DNA of 64,000 nucleotides from Adineta vaga (taxonomy: Eukaryota > Animalia > Rotifera), in NCBI GenBank assembly GCA_021613535.1, contig CP075492.1, positions 18,538,001 to 18,602,000 of the forward strand, written 5' to 3'. A program made the position numbers and the translations under genes. How positions within the stretch are numbered: position 1 is the stretch's first letter; each line of letters opens with the position of its first letter. The notes under the pieces are model-generated. The model was not told where the DNA came from and ran no database searches. It was given only the letters and a program-made list of their open reading frames with translations. Below, piece by piece: positions 50,812 to 63,383 of this stretch.

Positions 50812-52452
50812 CAGGGTATAGCAAAATTATAGACCCCCCCCCCCCATATACATGAATACGAAAATCGTTATTTTATTTCAGCAGTAAGAGATGGTGGTCA
50901 ACCAATGGCATAAGAGTGCGTGGGTACACATGTACTATTTATCAACCTAACATCCTATTTCGGTTCGCTGATAGTAGAAGAAAAAAATACAAATTTGTGA
51001 AAACTTGTTGTACCATAATTATAGACCCCCCTATACGAAAAATACATTTCTCGAGTTTCTGGAGTTGATCAACCATTAATTTCTGACATTTTCCTATGAT
51101 ACAAGTAACATTCTATCTATTCTTTTGATTCTAAGCTATTACTAGTCAAAATTTTCCAGAAAATGCTCGTTATTATGAGCTTAACTGGTGTCTTATCGCT
51201 CGCTACGTGATCTTGATTGAAGGATACGTTTTTCGTCATTTTTATCTATTCGGAACTAGCCCGACAGACGTGTTTACTCGAGATAGCATTGCACTAATGC
51301 AAATTATGTCGATTAAAGAGCAACTTGATAGAGTTTAAGAAGATAGTTGCATTGGTACCTCTCTTTTGTGTAGACTGTTCGTCAGAAAATTGCAGAATTT
51401 CTTGACTAGTTGATGCGATCAATTCAATCTCATGGTATAGTTAGAGAGAGCTTATCAAAGTTGTACAAGAATATCAACAAATATAATACAGGAAAAACAT
51501 CCCACAGAATGACTATCTACTAAACTTATGCAAAAATTGACGGCTGTCGTCTGAGGGTGTTATAGTAATTCATGAAGAAGAAAACTGGAGTTTTCCTACT
51601 TAACTGAGATTCATCATCAGAGACGTGTCTGAAAAAGCGCATAGAGTTCGCCGGAATCAGTGTATCTGAATTATACGAACAAATTTTCTTTTGTCTGCAT
51701 ACGCATATATCTGTTGAGATTAGCCAATCTTCCGAGTTACGGACCTTTCTCCTGACGAATGTTTTTCCTGTGCTATTTTAGTTCATATTCTAGTACAACT
51801 TGATGCGCTCTCTCTAACTGTATCATTAGATTGGATTCATCGCTTCAACTAATCATAGAGTTCTGCGACCTTCTAAACAATACCTCATACCTCATATAAA
51901 AGTAAGGTACAATATTATTCGTATCGCCATACTCTTTCAAACTACTTTTTGACTGAGATAATTTGAATTAGCGCGATGCTATCTCGAGTAAACACGTCTG
52001 TCGGGCTAGTTCCGAATAGATAAAAATGATGAAAAACGTATCCTTCAATCAAGATCACGTAGCGATCGATAAGACACCAGTTAAGCTCATAATAACGAGC
52101 GTTTTCTGGAAAACTTTGACTAGTAATAGCTTAGAATCAGAGGAATAGATGGAATGTTACTTGTATCATAGGAAAATGTCAGAAATTAATGGTTGATCAA
52201 CTCCAGAAACTCGAGAAATGTATTTTTCGTATAGGGGGGTCTATAATTATGGTACAACAAGTTTTCACAAATTTGTATTTTTTTCTTCTACTATCAGCGA
52301 ACCGAAATAGGATGTTAGGTTGGTAAATAGTACATGTGTACCCACGCACTCTTATGCCATTGGTTGACCACCATCTCTTACTGCTGAAATAAAATAACGA
52401 TTTTCGTATTCATGTATATGGGGGGGGGGGTCTATAATTTTGGGATACCCTG
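50812..52452. mobile_element. Tc1/mariner-type foldback non-autonomous element with very long TIRs
   Basis: TA|CAGGGTAT ... ATACCCTG|TA. About 475 bp of near-identical inverted arms plus about 220 bp of degenerate inner inverted homology; no ORF. Confidence 0.92.
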
Positions 52453-52902
52453 TACACTTCGTTGAAAGGTCGTTTTTGATCCAGATTTGATCATCAATGC
52501 GTTACAACAACAGCAACATTAGTCATAGTAATTGATACTCTATAGAGAGGCAAATAAGAAATTCAATTCAAATGATGATTTTGGAACCTAGAAAAAGGAA
52601 AAACAATATTCGTTTCAATGTATTCTTACAAAATAAAAGCCGAAAAAAGTTGAACAAACACAGGTGTAAATAAAAATCGAAGTGTTTTTCTTATTACATA
52701 ATTATAGTTATAGTTAATACAAGAAACAAATATTAGTTGAGCGACACGTTCAAACAAAATACGAAATAAATAAATGAATATCATTTGTTTTGAATCAATG
52801 TCTGAACATACAAAGACATTCTTGGTTCTTTGTTCTAAAACGCATATAACTGTTATATCGCCTGTTTTCGACAATAAAAGTGCATAGGCGTCGATTATAG
52901 TA

Positions 52903-52913
52903 GACACCCTCAA
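52903..52913 (-). repeat. Minimal telomeric-arm remnant
   Basis: GACACCCTCAA, same end as 14966-14982; short enough to be chance. Confidence 0.4.
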
Positions 52914-53555
52914 GCCTTTTCAGTTGTTTTCCTTGATTTTTTGTGTTCGTATCGAAGATTTTCCAAATTAAACTTTCAAGAAAGAGAAGAAATCACAAAA
53001 AGAATTGTCTGCTCGTCCTTTTTGAATAATCCTATAGATACTATGATTTTCATTAAATGAAACAATATATGTTCTATTCTCTTCATAAAATGAAAGTGAA
53101 TTTATGCGCTTTTTATTTGCTTAAAATTGAACCAATACAGTATGTTTTTCCACGATAATAACTATATACAAGTGACATCGTTTTGTTAATCTGTCTATGT
53201 TTACTTTTTCGCCAGCACTAGTAAGTGAATGTACATATAATATAGTGGTTCGATTTAAACTCAAAGTAAGCTTGAACCGCTTTCAGACGAATAACTGCTC
53301 TACCTCTATGTGTTTTAGATTTTGTGAAAAATGAGTACCTATGGGCAATTAATATCTGATGTCTTCTCCTGCGTATCCACCAATTAAAATCTGTTTATAA
53401 GCAGTTCTATGATAAAAGTCGTAATTGTTTCGATGTTTACTGAGATCCACTCATATTCACAAAGTAAAGCATGTTGTTATTCTTTCCTAACACTGACCAA
53501 TGTCAGAAAGTCTCGTTTTATAATCACGCTCATTAAATGAATAAAACAAGAAAAG

Positions 53556-53725
53556 CGGTTATCGATTATACAACGGTTACCGTTTAACCGCTCTTTCTTC
53601 TGAAACAGTTTTTGTTTAACTGCTTTTCGGTAAAAACGGTTTTCGTTTAACCGTGCTTTCTTCTAAAACGGTTATTGATTATTAAGGTTTTCGAAAGGCC
53701 GGTTATTGTCACCGTTACATCCCTA
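53556..53725. mobile_element. hAT-like MITE end
   Basis: Clustered AACCG/CGGTT subterminal repeats ending in ACATCCCTA (TAGGGATGT on the minus strand). Confidence 0.5.
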
Positions 53726-53744
53726 ACGTTAGCTATCACAGAAC

Positions 53745-53937
53745 CACTTGGGTGAAATTTCACCCATACTGCCCAACCCCACCCACAGATGGCCGGGTTA
53801 ACTCCCCTATGATCTTTCCCTGGACCTAGGGGAGTACCATTGAAAGTTTGGTGGCGCTACCTATTACAGGGACCGAGTGCATAAAGAACAGACAGACAGA
53901 CAAATAGATAGACAAAATTCTTCGTTACATATATAGA
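53745..53937 (-). mobile_element. Helitron-like 5' end
   Basis: Minus strand starts A|TCTATATATG followed by a (TGTC)n microsatellite, a pattern seen in non-autonomous Helitrons. Confidence 0.5.
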
Positions 53938-53990
53938 TTATTATGTGATAAGATAGTTTCAAGAAAGAAAATGATATCCGGTTAGTGTCA

Positions 53991-55545
53991 TTACTGAAGA
54001 CAACAGTCCCCAATCATCATGCTCATTAAGTTTGTAGTTTGTAGGCGCCCACCAAAATCTTGAATTATATCGCTTTTTTCCAAGACTTCGAATAATCCAT
54101 TTTGAGATATTTGAGTTTTGTCACCAAAAGCATTACTTACATCATTCTTAATTTCTTCCAAGTTATAGTCCGGTTTCTCTGTAGTACCATCATCATTTTT
54201 GCGAACGATTAAAGAAAAGAATGTATTCAATACATCGACCACTTCAGCTTGGCTAAGTTGGCCGTCTTTATCGGAATCAAATATTTTGAAGAGATAATTT
54301 ATTATCAGGTTGACATCTTGCTTGCTTATTAGTATAAAACCCAACTGATATTCAAACAGATCCACCATGCCTATATAATTCAAATAAAAACAATAAATAG
54401 GACCAGTACATTTTTATTTCACAGTGAAAAGAAGATAGATTTAATTATACAATAGTGCTATAGAACACGTCATACTATTTTCAAAGGAAACTCATTTCTG
54501 TTTGTGATTATATCTTCCGATGAAGTGCCAATCTAACTGTTACTTGAATTCTTTCTGATAGATGTGGATGTGAATATATAAAGTAACTATTCTTATTTAT
54601 TTCATATATACATGGAAATCAGAGAGTTAGATTTCATTTAGATTGTTGAAAATTAAATCATTTCCATCTCTGACATGTACCGTAGTTAACAAGGTTTAAA
54701 AAAATAAAAATATAGCTTTGCCCACTGTTTTATGTAATACACTAATACTACTAATCTAAATCCATATCAGGATATGAGAAAGCACATATAACATACCTGA
54801 TTTGTTTTGATCGATCACACTGAACAACTGTTTTGCTGGACTAAAATTGGTGTCTTTGCCGAATGTTTGCGATTCATGAAACTTAGCGACAAACTCTTCC
54901 TCGGTCATGTAACCTTTTGGATAGTTCATCCAGAGCAAATCTAAAAGAAAAGAATATAGTTTCTATATCAATTCCTTGTTAACTTATAATAACTGTAAAC
55001 TATAGTAGGACAACCTAGCCATACTTATATACATGTGTCGCTTAGAAATAGAATTTGTATTATAAGAAATCCTGTCAAATTAATTAATGTTTTGGCATAC
55101 ATTATATAAAAACGATGCATTTCCGAATTTACATCAGATATGTTTCTTAGAAGTGGAGTATTATACTTCTTAGTGTGCTGAATATTTCACCAAGATGATG
55201 AATTTTAGAATATCTTAAAGTCTGCTCAATTAATCGCTAAAACTCCCAAACTCTTAACCGTTATCTGTCTTTGTTTCTGACGTAGATATCAGCTACACAT
55301 TTAGAATGGATGAATATAGATATATCCTTTGGGAGCTACATTTACATGATTTCTATATGATAGTTATACTAAATTAACATGAAAAAGATGAAGAACAATC
55401 ACGATAGATATTTTTATAGCTAACCGTAGTCTTCTTTGAGCTGGCTTTCGTCATCGGTGCCGCGCGCGTTTTTCAAAGCAGCTAATTGATTTGCGCTGAG
55501 TTTTTTGTTGTCATTATTTGCCAATGTTTCTGCAGCAGAAGCCAT
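53991..55545 (-). CDS. EF-hand calcium-binding protein, neuronal-calcium-sensor-like, three exons
   Basis: YPKGYMTEEEF; EF loops DQNKSGMVDLFE (split by an intron) and DSDKDGQLSQAE; ends GDCCLQ. Confidence 0.8.
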
Positions 55546-56074
55546 ACGTAGAATGATTCGAATAAAATGCAATCGATTGAATAAAAAATAAAAAATAACT
55601 ATTTCGCAAACGTTTTATAGGTAACAGGTGTGCAGCTATGCGTGCTCTTTTTTTCTTTCTTGCTTATGTTTGTCAATACCAAACAGAAAAAGCTGCAATG
55701 AATAACCATCATTTAATGCATATATAACTAACTGTGTAGTATAAAAAAAAGGACGAAGGATAATTGATCGAAGAATAGGTAAAAATATTTTCAACGTCTA
55801 CTTGCATTATTCAGTTGCTACTCAAGAAAAATTGTTTTCATTCTTACATTCATAGAATTGTGTCACAGTATAGTCCATAAATCAGAACGAAACGTTTTTT
55901 TCTCGATTACTTAAAAATGTCTATTCTAATGTATGCATGAAGAAAATTTGGAATAAACGACAGCAAAATCGCAATCATTAAGTTCTACACATCTTGCATT
56001 AGTTATTTCTTGTTTTTCAAAACTTGTTACAGTTTGCATAAGTTTAAGATTGAAAATCAACATTAAACTATTTT

Positions 56075-56117
56075 TTGGGTGTGGACGTAGTATTCGCCCC
56101 CACACACACACCCTCAA
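56075..56117. repeat. Telomeric-repeat hairpin element just 3' of the RT-like gene
   Basis: TTGGGTGTGG-acgtagtattcg-CCCCCACACACACACCCTCAA. Confidence 0.82.
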
Positions 56118-56134
56118 ATATGCAAACAAAAATG

Positions 56135-57262
56135 TCATTTTCGCGGCGATAATAAGGTGTTGAGCGAATGGATATGTTTTGTTGTTCAGAGAACCTTGCG
56201 GTTGTCAGAGGATAATGTTGGATGATGTACAAAAGATTTTGACCATTGATCACGAAAATCTTGATTGAATTCACATCTTGGACCATAATCATAGAAATAA
56301 TTGAAATGAATTACTTTATTTTTATCATCTAGTTCTTGTAATTTTTCTGAGTGTTCTTGTTGGAAACCAAAGAATTCAAACCATCGTCGACGAAATATAT
56401 GATAATTTGTTTGATCTGGACAATATCGGATGTATTGTGTTTCGTAATAATCGAAGAAATGTTGTACATGACTTTCAACAAAGAAAAATGAATAACCATT
56501 GGCAAGATAAGTAAGTTCAATATAAATGCGTTCTTGCTGAAAATCTTCTATTGATGAACAATAGCATACAGCTCGAAGGAGTGCTGATCGTAGTGAATAA
56601 CTATGTTGTAATTTTGAATGGCCAACAACATAGGGCAATGTATATCGTTGAATCGTTGGATCGTGATACACTCGACTGTATAGTTGACCTTGTTGATTTT
56701 CAAGATAAACATTCAAATAATGTACATTTGAACCCATCGATACTTGAAAATGAACAGTCGGATGTTGTGTTCGAATAGAATGCAGACAAGAATGAAGCAT
56801 TTCAGCAGATTTATCCCAAGTGAAAAAGGTTTGGTTTTTAAACCTAAAAAGAAACTAAGAAAGAAAGAATAACAATACATATGCGGGATAGATATTGAGA
56901 AAAGATGTTTTCATTTACCTTCCAAAGAATCCTTGACCATATTGAAATTAATTTAATATTAACTTTTGTCAATCAAATAGATAGATATTAGCCAATGTTT
57001 CACTTAATGACATCGTATTTGGACTACCTTTTCTGATAATAAAGATTTTGTTTTGGTATGAAAAGAGATTATTGTATAGAAATAATTGTAAAAGATTTTT
57101 AATCGTATTTATTGGTATTTTGTTGATTGTATTGATGGCTGATTTATCTTTCAAGAAAGCTATAGTTGTGTCGATCATGATTTGATGGTCATTCAATGAA
57201 TAAAAAATAGTAATGTGAATTGTACAAAAAAGTGTTGTTGGTTTTAAACAGCGTCGATCACA
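56135..57262 (-). pseudogene. Athena/Penelope-like reverse-transcriptase relic lacking the catalytic aspartates, with one intron (56844-56918)
   Basis: LFLYNNLF, KGSP...LSETLANIYL, FFGR|FKNQ in place of YxDD, thumb YTLPYVVGHS..ALLRAVCYCSS..F.QER..NGYS. Contains stops; 5' end cut by a TIR element. Confidence 0.78.
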
Positions 57263-58544
57263 TGCCCAGGTCAAAACGTGTCCATCGGATCCTGTCGGGG
57301 ACCTATCGGACCCGGCAATTTCCGACAAGATACATAGATTCGGAACCGATCAGATCCGATTCTCATATCCGACTGTTTCTGATCAGATCCGATGTCAAGA
57401 AATTATCGGAATTTACAGTTTCACATGACACCGGATTTCAAGATAAAACCGTTCACTTCCTGCTACCAGAACTTGTCGGATTCTACAGGAACACAGGAGT
57501 TCCTTTGATCGGGTTTTAACGCTGTCCGACAATATAGATCCGCCAGGAATTTGTCACAGGTACATATCGGAAATAATCGGAAAGTTATAAACGTCATTCA
57601 GCATAACGATTAGACTTCAGTGAAAGAAATAATATTTCTCAATTACATTTGCAACTTATAGTGCGATATGCTTTGTCAAGCGAAATCAAACTTAATAACG
57701 ATTATGATTATATGTGTGCCAAATACAAGAGTAATTCTGAAATGTTGGTAATTACAAATAGTCATCATATACCGCGAAAATAATTGTTTGAATGTTAAAC
57801 AATATACCTGAGAAATGACAGGTAGTTTTTGATGTTGATTATACTATTATACATTGACGTAGAGGGAAAAAATGATTTCTGAAAGAGAAATCATTAGAAA
57901 CGATTCCAGATTATGACTTTTCATTTTAAAAAAGAAATAGAAAACGAATGATTAAAAACAGCTAAAATTCGATAGAAACTACGGAAAAGTATCCGAAATC
58001 GTGATAAAATCACTGATATTCAACTTGTAATTAGATCTTCATGTCTACAGATTTCTAATGAATCTTCTAGAATTTCCAATTTTTGAAAATCTAATATTCT
58101 AGTATTTACTTAGGATTTTTCGGTATATCCAATCCTTCTTATCAAATGCTAATACTCTTTACCCGTCTGCATTGTTTTTGATCGACACAAAATAGCCTAA
58201 TCTCTATTAGTCAAGACCGATTGGAATGCGTATAATCAGTTACTCTGCTTTAACATAGTGGCCATACAAAAACGATGAACAAATATTGTTTAATTATAAC
58301 CGATTCTTGAGAGTGGATCTTAGTTGAACATTATTAATAATCATCGAATATTGAGTAATACTAATAGAAACGAGATAGATTCTCTCCGTGGTCTAAAGCT
58401 ATTAGACAGATATCAAATCATAACGATAATCTAATCGATATCTATATTGATCATATTCCAGTAAATATCTGGTTTTATCTTTGCCCGTTATAATATCCAT
58501 TCTATAACTCTTGTATATTATTCATTTACAGATTATATTTATTG

Positions 58545-58812
58545 CGCGTAATCTAGATTACAGATTTCATTTATTGCTCGTAATCTAGAGTACGCCGCTG
58601 CGTCTGTGAAGTATTCCACAACCCAATTACGTTGTCGACGAATATGGTTTATTCTGGGAAAACTCGTGAGTAAAACATTATAATATAGGTGCAATCAAGG
58701 TGTAATATACTGTAATCTAGCGTAATCTAAGCGTAATCTGGTGTAATCAAGGCTTAATATGGTGTGATCTAGGTGAAATCTTGGAAAATATGCTGTAATA
58801 TAGGTGTAATCC
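58545..58812. repeat. Degenerate 10-11-bp tandem repeat (GTGTAATCTAG-like)
   Basis: Units GTAATCTAG/GTAATCAAG/GTAATATAG ending abruptly at the hairpin at 58814. Confidence 0.65.
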
Positions 58813-58813
58813 A

Positions 58814-58872
58814 TTGAGGGTGGGGGGGGGTGTGGGTGTAGTTGAAGAGAAGTCTATTACCCACACCCTCAA
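58814..58872. repeat. Telomeric-repeat hairpin element with both ends intact
   Basis: TTGAGGGT(G)nTGTGGGTGT-agttgaagagaagtctatt-ACCCACACCCTCAA. Confidence 0.88.
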
Positions 58873-59950
58873 CACACAATTACAATAGGTGTCCACAAGC
58901 AACTCGTCATAAGATATAGCATTATCAAATATTTAAATAACAACTCATTGGAAATTTCTTCGAAACTGATCGAAAAAGGAATAGTTTCTCATTTGATTTT
59001 AAATATCATTGTTTAAGATTAACAATGAATTTCATCTTTGTTTTTATGAGCGCTTAATAAGTTTTAATGCATTATTAAGACTAGTCAACCGCCATCAATT
59101 CCTAGCAACCAACAAGAAATCTATCATTTATATTTATCAGTTTGTTATTGTGATCATAGTCCAATGCTCAATAGAGTATACAGTGGTCTTTATCTACATA
59201 AAGCAATAGGAAGTTCATTTCAGTTATCAGAAATTTTGTAAGATTATCACAACAAAAAAACAATTTGCTTATTTTTTATCATTACTCAAAAGTCGAATAT
59301 ATTTTGAAAGGTTTTTTGTTGTATGAAAGTTGTTAAAGCTATATTTATTTCGATAAGCAGCAACTATTTGCATACTTACTTCTATTTAGTAATTCTTGAC
59401 ATACATGATTGAGATATCAACGTGTTAATCATTAGATTTAACTTTGTTCCAAAAAATGTATCAGAATAAAATTTCAATCACATCAGACCATTTTATCTCT
59501 TTGACAGTATGCTAATCAGTTCAATTATATATATCCACGAGTTTCTGATTAGTTCCGATGTGCACCAGCAGCTGATCCGGTCGGATCTGTTTCATACGAT
59601 ACAAAGAAAATCCGATCAACGGAACTTCTACATCTTTGTAGAATCCGACAAGTTCCTATCACCGGTTATTGATCGGATCCTGAAATCGGATCTTTGCGAA
59701 TCCGACTAGTAGATTGCAAAGGAAAACATCGGATTAGATCGGAATCCGACAAAAAGTAGCCGACCGAATCCGATTGTTCGTATTGCATCGGATTTCATAC
59801 CCTCCCGACAAGATCCGATGTACCCGCTTCGACCTGGGTGGTTTACTAAACTCAAAAAGAATAAAACGATGATCTGTTGAAGCTATTCAGATTCAGTAAA
59901 CTGGTACAAAACCCAAAATAGTCTTCTAGAATTGCAGTTTTCTTAGAGTA

Positions 59951-60018
59951 AGGGTGTAAGATAAAGGTGTGAATGAGATTTACAGCAGACCTGAAGGGTG
60001 AGTGGATGTGAGGGTGTG
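59951..60018 (+). repeat. Degenerate G-rich telomeric arms
   Basis: AGGGTGT..AGGTGTG..AGGGTGAGTGGATGTGAGGGTGTG. Confidence 0.55.
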
Positions 60019-60170
60019 ATTCTGAGAATAAATCCAGATTAGTCAAAAATCTTAATAAATACTTCTGTAGAACTAAATTCAAAGAAGGAATCTGGCACAG
60101 TTTCAGTGTTAGGAATATTCACAACTACATTTCCTATCATTTGTCAACTTGCGATGTTTTATCATGTGGG

Positions 60171-60204
60171 TATATCTTAATTTGCAGCAGGTATGCCCGC
60201 TAGT
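60171..60204 (+). mobile_element. Helitron-like 3' terminus
   Basis: TATATCTTAATTTGCAGCAGGTATGCCCGCTAGT. Confidence 0.5.
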
Positions 60205-60362
60205 TGTTTATTTTTTACAAACATAATCATTTTCATGAGAGGTTTATCTCTCCCCCTCCATCTGCATATTTTGTTAATCTTGTTACAGCTAATTTATTCT
60301 GCGACGAATTGACCAGTCACGATAGAAACCTATTTTTAAACATTGTAAATATTAAGTTTATA

Positions 60363-61550
60363 TCAATCATCATGTGAATAAGTTAGATTATCGTGATTCT
60401 CTGTTTGCGATGAAGAATTATTGGTTAGAGGAAGAGAATTATCGAGCGGACTAATTGGTATATGTAGATGATAGTTGAACGGAATATATACTTCCGACTT
60501 TATAGCTTTGATATCTGTACGCTCCCATAGAAATGACATGAAATTTCGTTTAGGAACAATGACATTCTTAAGATTAATAATCCAACGATCACAACCCGAA
60601 TCATCTATAGATCCAGCTTTATGTACATCAACAACCCGAAACATTGTATATGGGAGTAGAAGTACTTCTTTTTCATCAGGAAATTCTGATATCACAGGTT
60701 CTCTTACTAAATCTATAGCAGTTGAACATGGTTTTTCTGTAAAATCAAAGACATAAAGAGCAGGAAATTTGTAATTATTTTCATCTGGATTTCCACCATA
60801 CATTAATGCTACATCTTGTAATTTTGATGTTGAATAAAAGTTTTTGATTTCAACAAATAGTTCTTTACCTTTTGCTCCACGGTACGTAATTAAGTCGTTT
60901 GCTGAAATGAATTCACCACGATACGATTCACCATTATATGCTCGTTGTTGACATTCGACATTATGTAAATTCATATAAATTAAGCTTGCGTAACTACTCG
61001 ATTTATTTTGAATGATCGTCGACATTGTTGGACGAGATAAGGTATAGATACGCAGTAATGATCTGATACATGCTTTCTTCATAAATATTTGCCATAAATG
61101 TTTTAGATTCTTACATAAATCTTCGCGGTTATTCTGTATACTGTGTTCAACAATTTGAGAGAAATGATCGAGACATTGTCGTTCAATAGTAATACGAATT
61201 AATGGTCGGAAAAAAAATGGTGCTGTACCAATAAATCTCAAGTATGTCGCTATATCTGCACGATCAAACGATACCTGCTGATTAGCATTTTCAAAATCTT
61301 CTTGCCTCTGAACACGGTTCCCGTAAGGACTGCCATAATTCTCAATCAATCTTGATATGTTATTGTCTCCACCTCTATCAGCTAGTGCAATCAAGCAGCC
61401 CCTGTTTGTATCAATGGCTGTTTTACATAACTGAGGTAATAAATCCACTACGGTAACGAAATCACCAGTAAAACATGCTGTCCGCAATAGTTCAAGCTTT
61501 TCATCTTCTCCTTCATGAGTACAGAGTGTTTCGTCCAAAGGAATAGTCAT
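60363..61550 (-). CDS. Degenerate ankyrin repeat + R-S-E class ADP-ribosyltransferase domain protein
   Basis: LRTACFTGDFVTVVDLL (ankyrin-like); YRG, FYSTSK and SEFPDEKEVLLLP catalytic motifs. Likely ATG at 61550 after a splice acceptor. Confidence 0.8.
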   Translation of the reverse strand: MTIPLDETLCTHEGEDEKLELLRTACFTGDFVTVVDLLPQLCKTAIDTNRGCLIALADRGGDNNISRLIENYGSPYGNRVQRQEDFENANQQVSFDRADIATYLRFIGTAPFFFRPLIRITIERQCLDHFSQIVEHSIQNNREDLCKNLKHLWQIFMKKACIRSLLRIYTLSRPTMSTIIQNKSSSYASLIYMNLHNVECQQRAYNGESYRGEFISANDLITYRGAKGKELFVEIKNFYSTSKLQDVALMYGGNPDENNYKFPALYVFDFTEKPCSTAIDLVREPVISEFPDEKEVLLLPYTMFRVVDVHKAGSIDDSGCDRWIINLKNVIVPKRNFMSFLWERTDIKAIKSEVYIPFNYHLHIPISPLDNSLPLTNNSSSQTENHDNLTYSHDD

Positions 61551-62314
61551 TTCTAACCTAGAAAGAGATAAATAGATTATATTCACAACATTTATATAAT
61601 GAATTTCAACTCCTCCTGTCTTTGAAAGACTTCTCTCAAATGAGATGCGAAAACTGCAACTGCTCGAACGACACTTTTTTGTCTCCTATTGTCATAATAT
61701 TACATCACCTTTGAAAGAAAAAACTATATTTCTGACTGAACGTGCTATCCTCATTCACATTCTTACCGTTTACAATCGCAGTTACCCATATTTGACGAAA
61801 ATTGTACAGAATCAACAAAGCAAATAGATCAATAGCTTACAGCCGGTAAAATTACTTTCTTGTAGGGATCAAATGAATATAGAGTGCCTATTACAAAATA
61901 GTAAATCAATGCGTAAAAGAAATAGAAAGAATACGTTTAATCTAAACAGCAAATGAAACGTTCGACGACGTCAAAAGGAAGTAGAGGCTTTTTTTTCTTC
62001 CTTTTGAATAACATAACCTGAACAACAATGAATTTTTCTTGAGACAAACCATAAAGTTGCACAAGTTCAGTAGCTGACGAATATTTATTTCTGGCTACCC
62101 ACTTCTCTTCTCTTTTCTTTCTATTCTCTTTAGTTTATTTCCACATTGTGTTGCTGACAACGTTATACCTTGCGTTTGTCGCAAACTTATATTTAATGAT
62201 ATTCAGTTTTTTACAAAAAAAAAAAGGAAAAGGAGGAAGTGTGAAGCCAGACATTCTTTTCATCATATTTCTACTAAGTTTCTGCCGATATAATTAGCAC
62301 ACGTTTGAGTAACA

Positions 62315-63134
62315 ATGGTGGAAGTTGAAATCGAAAACACTCCAAAAAATGACGAAGATTTATCATTTTATGACCAAATTATTATCAGTATTGAAGAAAA
62401 TCTAAGAGCTATCGTTCTTCTTATTCTTCTATTTATCAGTATTCCTTGGCCGATTATAAAATTATACATTGCCTTGAAACATATGAATTCTTGTTCATAT
62501 AAACCAATGGTACCTATATGGTTGGCCATTTCTGCATTAAGAGGATTGATTGATTATATTTTCCTTATATCACTGGTAAGTCGTAGCAAAACCATATATA
62601 AAAATCTCAAATTGTTCTATGTTAATAATATAAATCCGTTTTCCTATCGTAACCATACGTACTGTGATATTTTAATTTAAAAAAAAATATGATTGATTAT
62701 CAATAACTTAGCATTATTTAGGCAATCGGTACTATCTTTATGCCAAAGACAAAACATAGCATTTCATTACGAAATGTCCTGGTCACTGTTTTCGTGACAT
62801 TTTCAACTCTATTTGGATTTTCATGGGTCATTTATGTAATAACAGAGATCAAATTTTTGTTTTCTACTAAATTGTGATTATATTTTAGTGCTTTATATTA
62901 TTAGGAAAGGATGGCTTCACTGTTAACATGGAAAAATCAGAGGTTGCGAAATATTGTGGAGTGCAACTACACAAATTAGTGAACAGAAGCATGGCAACAT
63001 TCGCCGGCGGTTTCACAATAATAGGTGTTATCAATATATATAAGCGTACATCGAGAAACAAAGAAAGAAGAACGTTCTTCTCCAAACTTCAATTTCTTCT
63101 CCTTATGTTTCTCGTCCCTGCACTAATGGCTTAA
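62315..63134 (+). CDS. Small multi-pass membrane protein, TMEM272-like, about 3 exons
   Basis: PIIKLYIA..MNSC..KPMVPIWL motif, further hydrophobic exons and GT-AG introns. Confidence 0.5.
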
Positions 63135-63383
63135 TATGATTCTTTTAATACAAAAATAGAAATAAAAATAATTTATATATCTCACAACGTTTTTCTTTCT
63201 AATATACAAATTTCTTATTGAGATTGCCAATCAATACTCATTGTCTTCTCTAACCATAGTTAGTTATAACATATCAGTAGGTCCATAAATTAATTTCATT
63301 ACAAGTATTTTCGAGAGTTTTTCAATTTCTATAAAGCAATCATAATTATAAAATGTCAACAAATGTGTATGAGCAGTACGAAA

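Larger units (their letters stand above)
57265..59838. mobile_element. CMC/EnSpm-like non-autonomous element
   Basis: About 35-bp TIRs CCCAGGTC..CATCGGATC.TGTCGGG, 2-bp TSD TG, and dense TCCGA/TCGGA subterminal repeats at both ends. Confidence 0.8.

Noticed and set aside
7605-58874. Target-site duplications around hairpins (TA/TA at 7607, CA/CA at 58814, AAT/AAT at 47441)
   Set aside because: Length and register are inconsistent among copies and could arise by chance; not excluded, needs genome-wide counts.
5916-60756. Antisense or overlapping ORFs within real genes (e.g. 5916, 10034, 21049, 26375, 28124, 60475)
   Set aside because: Shadows of the coding strand with no motifs of their own.
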